Of a DNA stretch of 64,000 nt, positions 50,406 to 61,426 are shown piece by piece. This DNA is from Dendrobates tinctorius. Its lineage: Eukaryota. The position numbers were made by a program, and so were the translations under genes. Numbering within the stretch: the first letter of the stretch is position 1; each line of letters starts with the position of its first letter. Location: contig NW_027361924.1 of assembly GCF_039654945.1 (NCBI RefSeq), positions 10,354,001 through 10,418,000 of the forward strand. The letters run 5' to 3'. Under the pieces are notes generated by a model, which was given only the letters and a program-made list of their open reading frames with translations, ran no database searches and had not been told where the DNA came from.

Positions 50406-50815
50406 AGGGGGCCACTACACAGCCCAGGCAGAGAGGGACCCACTACAAGGCCCTGGCAGAGGGGGGCCACTACATATGGCCCGGTAGAGGGGGGCCACTA
50501 CATGACCCAAGCAGAGGGGGGAACACTACACAGCCCAAGCAGAGGGGGGCACACTACAAGGCCCTGGCAGAGGGGGGCCCACTACATGGCCCGGTGGAGG
50601 GGGGCCCACTACATATGGCCCGGTGGAGGGGGCCCACTACACAGACCAGGCAGAGAGCGGCCCACTACACAGACCAGGCAGAGGGGGGCCCACCACACAG
50701 ACCAGGCAGAGGGGGGCCCACCACATAGACCATGCAGAGGGGGGCCCATCACACAGACCAGGCAGAGGGGGGCCCACCACACAGACCATGCAGAGGGGGG
50801 CCCATTACAAGGCCC
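50400..50815. repeat. ~28-bp G-rich degenerate repeat
   Basis: Unit ccactacacagaccaggcagagggggg. Confidence 0.85.
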
Positions 50816-51129
50816 AGCGCTAGATGCCATTCCTGTACATTGGTGGCAGTGGCACTGCACTTTTACTTACATTAATGCAGAAGCAGCAGCAGGAATGATC
50901 TCTCTAAGGTAATGAGCTTGTCAGTATATAGGAGAGGGGAAAACGTGCCTCCAGATGCGGTGTGGACACCTCAATGCCTAAAGCACCATCGTCCTTTGTG
51001 ATAGATGCCTATAAGCTCTACACAATCTATATACCACACGTAAGTGAAGGTCACATTGACCGAAACGTCTTTTTTCGTGTACCACAATAAACCGCCTTAC
51101 AAATACCTTTAAGTTGAGTGCTAGGTTCA

Positions 51130-51545
51130 TATCTGGACACTACGCTGACAGACACAGCAAACCTTCTTGTCACAGCTCGCGTTGATGTGCCATCCTGGAT
51201 GAGCTGCACTACCTGAGCAACTTGTGTGGGTTGTAGAGTCCGTCTCATGCTACCACGAGTCTGAAAGCACAACCAACATTCAAAAGTGACCACAACATCA
51301 TCCAGAAAGCATTGGTACTGAGATGTGGTCTGTGGTCCCCACCTGCAGAACCACTCCTTTATTGAGGGTGTCTTGATAATTACCAATAATTTCCATCTGT
51401 TGTCTATTCCATTTGCACAACAGCATGTGAAATTGATTGTCAATCAGTGTTGCTTCCTAAGTGGACGGTTTGATTTAACAGAAGTTTGATTTACTTGGAG
51501 TTATATTCTGTTGTTTAAGTGTTCCCTTTATTTTTTTGAGCAATG
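51130..51545 (-). mobile_element. Tc1-like transposon 5' fragment (left end and paired-like HTH start)
   Basis: On the - strand, cattgctcaaaaaaaataaagggaacac is followed by [39 protein letters not shown]. Confidence 0.8.
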
Positions 51546-52104
51546 TTTATTGATGGCTGTTTTGTTTCAGTTAACGTGTGCAGCATTTGGCAGATGCCCT
51601 AATGAAAAATAAGCACACCCTCATTATAGATAAAGTTATATGTCTGATGGTTTTTGTGTCCGTCATGTGACAAATACAGCTTGCACAAAACTGATGGTGG
51701 TTCTGGTGATGTATTCTGGTTCTGGTGATGTACTAATGTAGTGATGGTGATTTTGGTGCTGTATTCTTGTAGTGATGATCGGTGAATCGCGCATGCGCCG
51801 TTTTGAGCAGCTTCCCACAGGTGCGCACTGAAGCTGTGTGTACTACAAAGCTTCACTGACTATGCAAACAGAGCCACTTGCCACGGCTCAAGAGTGGGGA
51901 GCTGCTCGTCACGGCGCAAGCGCAGCTCCCAAATCACCACTGCGCAAGCGCAACTCCATGATACACTGCGCAAGTGCGGCTCCATGACACACTGCGCAAG
52001 TGCGGCTCCATGATACAGTGCGCAAGCGCGGGATTTTCAGATCAAATTTGAGTGACGTCAGCACAACCCTGAGAACATCATTCAGTTTGCATGATGGAAG
52101 GTTC

Positions 52105-52740
52105 ACCTGTCACCATTGCTGGTCAGGAAGTGGAGCAGGTGGAGAAGTACAAATAATTGGGGGTCCAGTTGGACAGTAAACTGGACTGGAGATGCCACAC
52201 GGAGAGAATTTACAAGAAAGGGATTAAAAATCTGTACTTTCTAGGGAAACTAAGATTGTTTAATGTGTAGAGCAAAATGTTAGAAATATTCTACCAGTCT
52301 GTAGTGGCAAGTGCCATCTTTTTCGCAATCATATGCTGGGGAAGTAGTGTGTGGGTGTCTGATGCTAAATAAGCTTTATCAAGAAGGCAAGCTCGGCTGT
52401 TGGCCGCCATTTTGCCACTTTTGAAGAGATAGTGGAGGAAAGAATTCTAAAGAAGTGTTTGGCGACAATGAGCAATAACGCACACCCGTTATATGAGCTG
52501 TTCATGAGGCAGAGGAGCACCTTTAGTAACGGTCTAATCCTACTAAGGTTTAAGAAGGAAAGATACAGGAGATCGTTCATGCCGACTGCTCTGGGAATGT
52601 ACACCAACTACCTAAGTGTGAAATTCTCCAAGTGACTGGTGGATTATCGGCGTTCTAATGGTAAATCGTACTGACCAGTCATAAATAGAAATGTATGAGA
52701 TTATACCTGCAAAATTCTACTGTTATGTTGTAATTCACGT
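52105..52740 (+). mobile_element. Rex1/Babar LINE 3' fragment (RT thumb and C-terminus)
   Basis: VEQVEKYK*LGVQLDSKLDW...LYFLGKLRLFNV*SKMLEIFYQSVVASAIFFAIICWG...HPLYELF...ERYRRSFMPTA. Confidence 0.75.
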
Positions 52741-54060
52741 TTATGTTCTGATGATGTGATACACTTTATTGATCCCGAGGGAAATTACATTATCTTATCA
52801 TATCAGAACATGAATACGTCACAGAACCACAATTAGTACATGAATGCATCACTAGTTTCACCATCAGTACATGAATACATCTACAGACCCACCATCAGCA
52901 CTTGACTAAGGCACCAAAACGCCATCAGTAAATTAATTTGTCACCAGAATCTCCATCATTCCATGAATACGTCACAAGAGACACCATAAGTACATGAATA
53001 CATGACCAGAACCAAGAGTACTTGAATACAAGAACCAAGCTTAGCACAAGAATCAATTTTAATATCAAGTCAGTCCCATAAACAATTGTATCACATTAAC
53101 CCACAACTCCCCAGTATGTCCTTAATAATGGTACGGAGATACTGGGAGTTGTTATTAACAGCCATTATCTGGAGTTGTCTCTTTTTATCTCCCTCTTGTC
53201 TAGATGCCATGATGACTTTTCACAGTCACAGCTATTCTCTGCCGATCTCCTTCTTCTCCATTTTTTTGCAGCACATCCCGACACAGTGCCCTTCAAAAAT
53301 AAGAGTGTTAATAAAATGTCCTCTGCATAAAAACATCTGTTCATATTATGACCTAAATAAGCCTCCTATGGTATATGACCTCCACACTGTCTACCATTAT
53401 CACCTGTAACCGCCACACCGACTGCCCTTATGTGCCATGGCTGTCCCCTCCCTAATTATCCGTTACACTTTCTCCACACTGTGCCTCCACCATGCTAACC
53501 CCTCTCCATATTGTGCCTCCATTTCACACTGTCCTCTCTCCGTATCTATTATGTCACATTTTCACACTAAGCCCTGATTCTGCCCTCTTCAAACTGTAAC
53601 CACTCCTCACACTGTCCTCTACACCGCATGATGGTAACCACAGCCGCCCATATGGTATGACTTCCACGATAACCTCCCAATGTATAGTATAACATCCAGT
53701 ACAGCCTCCAATATATAGTATAACATCCAGCACAGCCTCCAATATATAGTATAATATCCAGCACAGAACCCCCAAAATAGTATGATGTCCAAAACAGCCC
53801 CATGTATACTGTGATGAGCCCCACTGCATCCCATATAGTATTATGGCCCACAAACAACACCCCAAACAGTATGATATTCACCACAGCCCCTTATCCAGTA
53901 AGGCCAGCACAGCACCCAGTATAATGACCTCCACAGCCCCACATACAGTAGGGTCACCACAGCTCTTCATATACTTTGCTGTCTCCCCGCACAGCCCCTC
54001 ATTTCATCGCCTGAGCGCACAGCCCCTAATTTTATACTTCCTTGCACAACCCCTAATTTT

Positions 54061-55203
54061 TTTTGAATCAGATCTTTTTTATTAAACATTCAGGAATCAA
54101 TACAGAAAGAATATGACATCTTATATAGCTAGTAAAAATTACATTGAGAGCAGATATTATTTAAAGGGTAAAACTCTTCCTGTGTAAGAATAAATAAAAA
54201 GAAGAAATCTCAAAACACAGATATTTGCATAAAATTGAGCCTATAAACAACATGGCTCCACAAATAAACAAAAATCAAAATTATACATCAGTGCCTCATT
54301 TCAGCGGGAAAACCATCCCCGCCAGCCGCGCCACTCCGCATCATATTTCGCCCCCCCCGCATATCAGGTCCAATCCACCCCAGCCCCCTCCCACAGCGCC
54401 ACTCAAAATCTACTTCGCCACAAAGGGCACTAGACTTTATTTTCACCCCCCAAGCATCCCCTCATCGCAAGCACAACAGCAACTGGTCCAACATCGCATC
54501 CCGTACCAGTGCGCCCGAGGGGAGACCCGGTGACTCCATCCATGGCTGCCAAATTTTGTAAAACTTTCTTAATGCATTTCTTTTTAAATAAGCCCCCCTT
54601 TCCAATCTGATGACATTATTTAGTTTATTTTTAAGCTCTGACAATGTTGGTGGCATAGGATCCAACCAATGATATGCAAGTATCTTTCTTGCCTGATACA
54701 GGGTGCGTGCTATTCCCAGGGCCACTGCAGAGTCCGGGTCAACCCCCTCCTCCCACAAATTCAACAAACATAGACGAGGTGACGGTCGTATTGTGATATG
54801 GTATACTTGGGCTATGAGTCCCAGGGTCTGCCTCCAGAAATCCCCAATGTGCCCGCACTCCCACATAACATGCATCAAGTGGGCATCATCCTGCCCACAC
54901 CTAACACATTGTGTATTGGGCCTAAGTCCCATTTTAAATAATAAGCTGGGTGTTTTATATACCCTGTGAATGAGATATATTTGCGAAAGCCGCTGGCACT
55001 CAGAAACCGCCATTTTAGGGACCTGTTCTAGAATATCGGACCACTGGTCCTCCGTCAGGGGGCCAACGTCCCGTTCCCACTTATTCTTAGCAGCAGTCAG
55101 TGGATATGTCTCCAGATGGGCAGGCAATAATCTTTTATATAATTCAGAGATAAGTCCCCTAGAAGACTCAGATGTAAGCAGCATATGTAGTGTTTGATTA
55201 TGA
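54061..55203 (-). mobile_element. 5'-truncated L1 with poly(A) tail and perfect 16-bp TSD
   Basis: ORF2 C-terminus CVRCGQDDAHLMHVMWEC...KFYKIWQPW, then AATAAA and an A tail. TSD cacaacccctaatttt at 54045-54060 and 55204-55219. Confidence 0.9.
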
Positions 55204-56004
55204 CACAACCCCTAATTTTATTTGCCATTAGCACAGCCTCTCATTTTATTCCCCCGCTGCGCAGCCCCTCATTTTGTTCCCCAATACACAGTAATATAAG
55301 AATTACAAAAAATAGAGCAAAGAGCTTGTACTCACCTAATCCAGGATCCCGTCCACCATCTCCTCTTCTACGCAGTTCAGCAGTGGGCGCTGGATGGCGT
55401 GAGGGCATGACTTGATCACGCCATCCAGTGTCCCCTGGATGCGCCTTTTCCAACAAGTGCAGGCAAAAAATGGCCTGCGTCTTCCTGGAAATCACGGCGC
55501 ATGCAGGAACGATTACAGCTCCTCTGCTCCTGTTCCGGCCGGCGCTAACATCAATTATATTTGTGTCTGAGAGACACAAATACATTTGAGTGCAGGGAGG
55601 GAGCTACTGAGTATTTTGTGCCCGCACCCTAGCAGTCTCTGTGCTGAATGTCTGCGGCCGGAGGAAGGCGATGGGTGGCCGCAGGCTTTCAGCGATTTTT
55701 TTTCAAAGTGCTCTCCCCTAGGGTAGGCAGGAGGTAGCGCCGTAGGCGGGTGCCTACCCTGTCTATTTCTTGTCCCAGCGCTGGTGCTGATTAATGGGTA
55801 CAACTTAGTCTCGACCTCCATCAGGACAGGGTGCCCCGCAAAAGTTTTGATAAATTACTGCGATACTGGAACTTTGTCTGTGATTTGAATGTTTCTCGAT
55901 GGGAAGAAAGAAATGTTATGAGCTCCCAGTTTATCCTTCTAGTGCAATGTATGTGTGATGTTATTGACCTCTGGGCAATTGACATCTGGGCAATAAAAAT
56001 GGAA

Positions 56005-56724
56005 AAAGCATATATAGAATGGGAGGAATAGGGCTAAGCCACAGCACATGTGAAAAAGACTTGGGTATACTAATAGATCACAGACTGAATATGAGTCAAC
56101 AGTGTGATGCAGCAGCAAAAAAGGCAAATGCAATTCTAGGATGTATTAACAGAAGCATACAGTCTAGATCACGTGAAGTCATTATTTCCCTCTACTCCTC
56201 TTTGGTCAGACCTCATCTGGAATATTGTGTCCAGTTTTGGGCACCACATTTTAAAAAAGACATCAACAAACTGGAGCAAGTTCAGAAAAGAGTGACCAGA
56301 ATGGTGACCGGTCTGCAAACCCTGTCTTATGAGGAAAGGTTGCAGGATTTGGGAATGTTTAGTTTGCAAAAGAGAAGACTGAGAGGAGACTTAATAGCTG
56401 TCTACAAATATCTAAAGGGCTGTCACATTGTAGAAGGATCAACTTTATTCTCATTTGCACAAGGAAAGACTAGAAGCAATGGGATGAAACTGAATGGGAG
56501 GAGACACAGATTAGATATTAGAAAAAACTTTTTGACAGTTAGAGTGATCAATGAGTGGAACAGGCTGCCACGAGAAGTGGTGAGTTCTCCTTCAATGGAA
56601 GTCTTCAAACAGAGGCTGGACAGACATCTGACTGGGATGATTTAGCGAATCCTGCTTTGAGCAGGGGGTTGGACCAGATGGCCCAGGAGGTCCCTTCCAA
56701 CTCTACGATTCTATGATTCTATGA
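56005..56724 (+). mobile_element. 5'-truncated CR1 LINE
   Basis: Open 208-aa ORF2 C-terminus (EKDLG, LVRPHLEYCVQFWAP, RRLRGDLI, WNRLP) and an (attctatg)n tail. Confidence 0.93.
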
Positions 56725-57044
56725 CCCAGCTAGCGGTGCCACCTCCCCCCCAATATAAATTACAATATTCTAGGTCACCAAGAGGCTCCATGATTATATA
56801 AATGTACGAGGCTGCTGGCTGAGCTCATCCACACCGGCCATAGACCTGCTTGGTGACTTGTAATAGTCTCATAATTTACTCAGATGCCTTATTAGTTTTA
56901 CTTCAAGCAGCAGCTCTGCATTGTGAGGTTCTCTGTATAGTGTGACTGCCACTTCCAGAAGTGTAAGGGTTAATGTGACTTTAGAATCTCTGCCCTTTCC
57001 CCTTCCTAAATGAAGGAACTTGGTTCCTGCTCTCTCCCACTACA

Positions 57045-58619
57045 ATGGCGTCTGCGGAGCTGAGGGACGAGCTGAACTGCTCCATCTGCCTGAGCCTCTA
57101 TACAGATCCCGTATCCCTGAGATGTGGACACAACTTCTGCCGCTCGTGTATTGTGAGTGTGCTGGATGCCCAGGAGGCGGCTGGAGGGTATTCCTGTCCT
57201 GACTGCAGAGCAGAATATCCGGAGCGTCCGGCCCTGGAGAAGAACCGAAAGCTGGAGAACATAGTGGAGCGTTTCTCATCTACTCAGCCTGGTATGGAGG
57301 AGACCAGGATCTTCTGTACTTACTGTACAAAGTCTCCTGTACCGGCAGTGAGGACATGTCTGCAGTGTGAGACCTCCATGTGTGAGGAACATCTCACAGC
57401 CCACAATAAGTCAGTGAATCACAATCTCATTGAACCTACAGTGTCATTTATGGATCGAAAATGCTCCGCACACAATGAGAGCCTGAAATATTACTGTCCT
57501 GTAGACGCCGCCTGTATCTGTGTGTCCTGCTGGGTGGCCGGAGCCCATAAGGCACATGAAGTTGAGCCACTGGATGTCGCCTCTGAGAAGGCAAAGAAAA
57601 AACTGAGGCCTGTTATGGAGAAACTAAAGTACAAGAGAGAAGAAGCTCAAAAAAGAGTCCAGAATCTGAAGGATCACGGGACAAAACAGGGAAACAAATC
57701 AGCCGGACTCAGTGACAGAGTCGTTCTCCTGTTTACTGATCTCAGGAAGAAGCTGGATGATCTTGAAAAGAGAATCCAGGGAGAGATTTCCAGACAGAAG
57801 GATCAGGTCTTACATTCAGTCTCTGACCTGGTAGAACAGGTGGAGCTTCAAGTGGACAAACTGACCAAGGACATGAATCATCTTGAAGGACTATGTAATC
57901 TCACTGATCCACTGACCTTTCTACAAGACGTAAAGGCCGGTGACATCAGTGACGGGAGCTGTGAGGTCATCGGTGATGTAAGAGATGCTCCGTGTGTGGA
58001 TGAAGGTCTAGTCTCACAGATATTACACAGAGGGCTGGGGAACTTTGCTGATGACCTGATTGATATGAAGATAAAGAGACAGTTCTCAGTGATGGAGAAA
58101 TCAGACATATTACTGGATGTAGACACAGCCCATAATAACATTATTATATCTCAGGATCTCAGATCTGCTTCTTATTCCGCTGCATCACAGAACAGACCCG
58201 ATGGGCCCAAGAGGTTCAGATCCCAACAGGTGTTAAGTTCCCGCAGCTTCTCCTCCGGGAGACATTACTGGGAGGTGGACGTGAGTCAGGCCGAAAGATG
58301 GAATATTGGAGTGGCCGGGGAAAGTCTAAAGAGGAAGGTGAGCGAGAAGAAATCTTATATTGGCTTCAACGAGAAATCCTGGACTGTAATTACTGCGCAA
58401 AATCTCTTTGCAAGTCATAACAATATTCATAAAAAGCTAGCGTCAGATTCTCCTGTGCGGGTTGTGGGGATCTATCTGAACTATGAGGCCGGGCGTCTGT
58501 CCTGCTATCAGGTGTGTGACCCCATCAGACACTTACACACCTTCACCGCCTCCTTCTCCGAGCCGCTCTATGCCGCTTTCTGTCTATATAGTAATTGCGT
58601 GATCAGAATCATAAAATAA
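57045..58619 (+). CDS. Intronless TRIM E3 ligase B (RING, B-box1, B-box2, coiled coil, PRY/SPRY), 524 aa; paralogue of TRIM A
   Basis: Single open frame with the same domain motifs as TRIM A. Confidence 0.93.
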   Translation: MASAELRDELNCSICLSLYTDPVSLRCGHNFCRSCIVSVLDAQEAAGGYSCPDCRAEYPERPALEKNRKLENIVERFSSTQPGMEETRIFCTYCTKSPVPAVRTCLQCETSMCEEHLTAHNKSVNHNLIEPTVSFMDRKCSAHNESLKYYCPVDAACICVSCWVAGAHKAHEVEPLDVASEKAKKKLRPVMEKLKYKREEAQKRVQNLKDHGTKQGNKSAGLSDRVVLLFTDLRKKLDDLEKRIQGEISRQKDQVLHSVSDLVEQVELQVDKLTKDMNHLEGLCNLTDPLTFLQDVKAGDISDGSCEVIGDVRDAPCVDEGLVSQILHRGLGNFADDLIDMKIKRQFSVMEKSDILLDVDTAHNNIIISQDLRSASYSAASQNRPDGPKRFRSQQVLSSRSFSSGRHYWEVDVSQAERWNIGVAGESLKRKVSEKKSYIGFNEKSWTVITAQNLFASHNNIHKKLASDSPVRVVGIYLNYEAGRLSCYQVCDPIRHLHTFTASFSEPLYAAFCLYSNCVIRIIK

Positions 58620-58962
58620 TTACAACAAAATGCTGACAGTAAAGCATAAAGTGTTTAATCATTTTAATCTCTGTGTATGTATTGCATCCTACCTAACTTT
58701 ATTGTCTATACTACCTGGACGACACAGGATTTATTGTCTGTTGTCATGGAGATGTTTAGAAAATTAGGAAAGGGAAAGGGAAATTTGTGCTCACCAAAAT
58801 AGTCCTGTAAGCCGGTCGTGCCTAGGGATCAAATGGCTGACCACCATGTGTTGCAAACATGAAGAGAGAAGGAAGATCCGGCACTGGAGACTTGATAAAA
58901 TCCACGATAAGTTTTATTCACATAATTTCATGATAAAACCATAAAGGGGAAAACAGACCCCC

Positions 58963-59012
58963 CACGCCTGACGCGTTTCGAACCTTACACCAGGTTCTTC
59001 CTCAGAGACATG
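58963..59012 (-). ncRNA. Minimal type I hammerhead ribozyme-like motif (Penelope-like element remnant)
   Basis: The - strand reads catgtct CTGAGGA a gaacc tggtgtaa ggttc GAAA cgcg TC aggcgtg. Confidence 0.6.
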
Positions 59013-59339
59013 CCCTTTTATGCCCTTGAACCCGAGAGTTATGTAACACAAAATAGTTAATAGATAACTTTTCCGACATGTCTACTTTACATCAGCACAA
59101 TTTTTGAAATATACCATATATATTTTTTTATTAGGACTTTAGAAGGATTAAAAGTTAATCAGCAAATTCCAACAACATTTTCAAAATCATTTTCTTAGGG
59201 ACCACATCACATTTGAAGTGACTTTGAGGGGTGTATATGACAGAAAGTACTCAAAATTGACACCATTCTAAAAACTGCACCCTTCAAACTGTTCAAAACC
59301 ACATTCAAAAAGTGTATTAACTTTTCAGGTGCATCATAG

Positions 59340-61426
59340 TGGGTCGTCCTCGCTTCACCCAGGGCTGTGGGGTACTCGGTACCGGGCCGGTGTCAGGGGG
59401 ATGATGTGTCAAAGCAGCGGCGACCCGGTCTGTGGCCCTGGGCCCCAATATCAATGGCGGTGGTGTTTGGTTGTAATATAAAGTTCGTGACGACACCCGT
59501 GGTATTTGGCAAGTAAGATGGTAAGCCAGCGCTGCTTGCAGATCCACTGGGACTGATGGTGTGATGCAGCTAAGATGGTGTAGCTCCCCACAGGTGGAGC
59601 TGTAGTCCCAGGGCAGTGTATAGGTGCGATGGAGGAGTAGGGGCACAGGATGGTGTAGATGTTGATACCCCCAATGTAGCGGTGCTGATGCGGGAATGAA
59701 TGGAGGACACCAGGGCTTGCAGTTTCAAAGCTTCAGGCTAAGTTCACACGTAGCGGAACTCTCACGGAAATTACCGCGAGAGTTCCGGAATTCCATTCCA
59801 CGGGAAAATCGCATTTTAAATTCCCGCGATTTTCCCGCGGAAAAACTAGCATTTTGCAAGCGATCTGTAGCATCACTTGGAGAACTGATTGACAGGTTGG
59901 TCACACTCGTCAAACATAGTGTTTGACAAGTGTGACCAACTTCTTACTACTGAGGCTGTTTATGCAGCATCAGTAGTAAAAGATAAAATGTAAAAAATAA
60001 TATAAAAAATGGTGTTATTCTTACCTTCTGACGTCCCGCGCAGCCTTCCTGCCTCTCTCCACGCTCTCGTTCCCAGTAATCCTTTGCGAAAATGCCCGTG
60101 ATGACGTACGTTCTCGCGGAATCGTGACGTCTCGCGGTCATTCGCGATGACCGCGAGACTTCGCGATCCCGCGAGAATGTACGTCATCGCGGGCATTTTC
60201 GCAAAGGATTACTGGAAACGAGAGCATGGAGAGAGGCGGGAAGGCTGCGCGGGACGTCGGAAGGTAAGAATAACACCATTTTTTATCTTAAATTCTATGT
60301 TTTACAGGGATATGGTACCCAAAGCCCGGAGGACAGTCTCCTCTCCTCCGGACCGTGGGTACCATCCGCAATTGTTCTGCTTACTTTTCGCATGGTGTGC
60401 ACAGCCACATGCGGGAAGTAAGCGGAACAATGCATTCCTATGGGTGCGGGATCGCCGCGATTCCGCAAAATTAATGAGCATGCTGCGTTTTTTACTGCGA
60501 AGCGATTCCGGGACAGAGGCCCAGCCAACCTCCAGGCAAGATAGGGCTCTCCCCGCCAGCACCCCTCCAACATGTGTCTTTGCTGAACAACTCCTCTATA
60601 GCGCCTATTGGTGTGAAGAGCTCCAGCACCGTGGTTCTCTGAAGTTCCTCCTGTCAGATGTTCCTAACAACTCTCTCACTTGTATGACAGACAGCTGTAG
60701 CCTGCTTCGGGGACTCCCTTCTCCTGAGTTCCGGCTCTCTATCCGTTTCGCTGTTGTGTCCCAAGTCTTAGATGGGAGTAGTGCATTTACAGCCAACTAC
60801 TCCACCGGTGTCTGCTGCAGAACCATACGTGTCCATACAACCTCGGTGACCGGGCCCCGGCCGTGCGCTGAGACCCTATAGGCAGGGTTCCTATCCAACC
60901 CACTCCTCCTCTCTGTTCTTCTTCCACTTCGTTCCGTACTTGTCTCTCTCTCTCTTATGGAAATGCAGGTTACAGTTCTACGTCTCTCTCTCTTTCCCGT
61001 GCCAGCTGGCTCAGGTCACTGAGGCAGCTGCACATTCTTTCTTTCTTTCTTCCAGGGACCCTCACTCCTGTCTCAGTGGCTTCCGTCCCGACCGACCTTC
61101 TCTCAGCCTGTCCCCCTCTCTGGGAGACTGACCACCTCTCTCTGACGGCCCCCTAAGGGACTGAACTCTAATTCTATCTTTCCCATTCTTTTTATACTAA
61201 CTCCACCCACCTCCCAGCACATCTCGTGTTACGAAGCAGGGTTCCACGAAGGGTGCTCTGCTACCCCCAGCCTGAAGCTGCTAGGTGTCCCTGTTGAACT
61301 ATCCTGTGTGTGGGATGCAGGTGTTGGAGTGTGGCAGGGAGTTCCCACCTTACCTGGATGGTGGGGCACTACACCTTAGGAGAAGGTGCAGTACCTCTGT
61401 GGCGGCTGAGCCTCAGGGGCGCCACA
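59340..61426 (-). mobile_element. Solo LTR, family A, copy 3, containing a MITE
   Basis: Reverse complement of the copy 1/2 termini; near-TSD atag/ctag. Confidence 0.8.
59733..60508. mobile_element. Harbinger-like MITE (ggctaagttcacac terminus) with a 283-bp internal palindrome; right end lost
   Basis: Absent from LTR copies 1 and 4. Inverted arms at 60003-60141 and 60147-60285. Confidence 0.65.
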
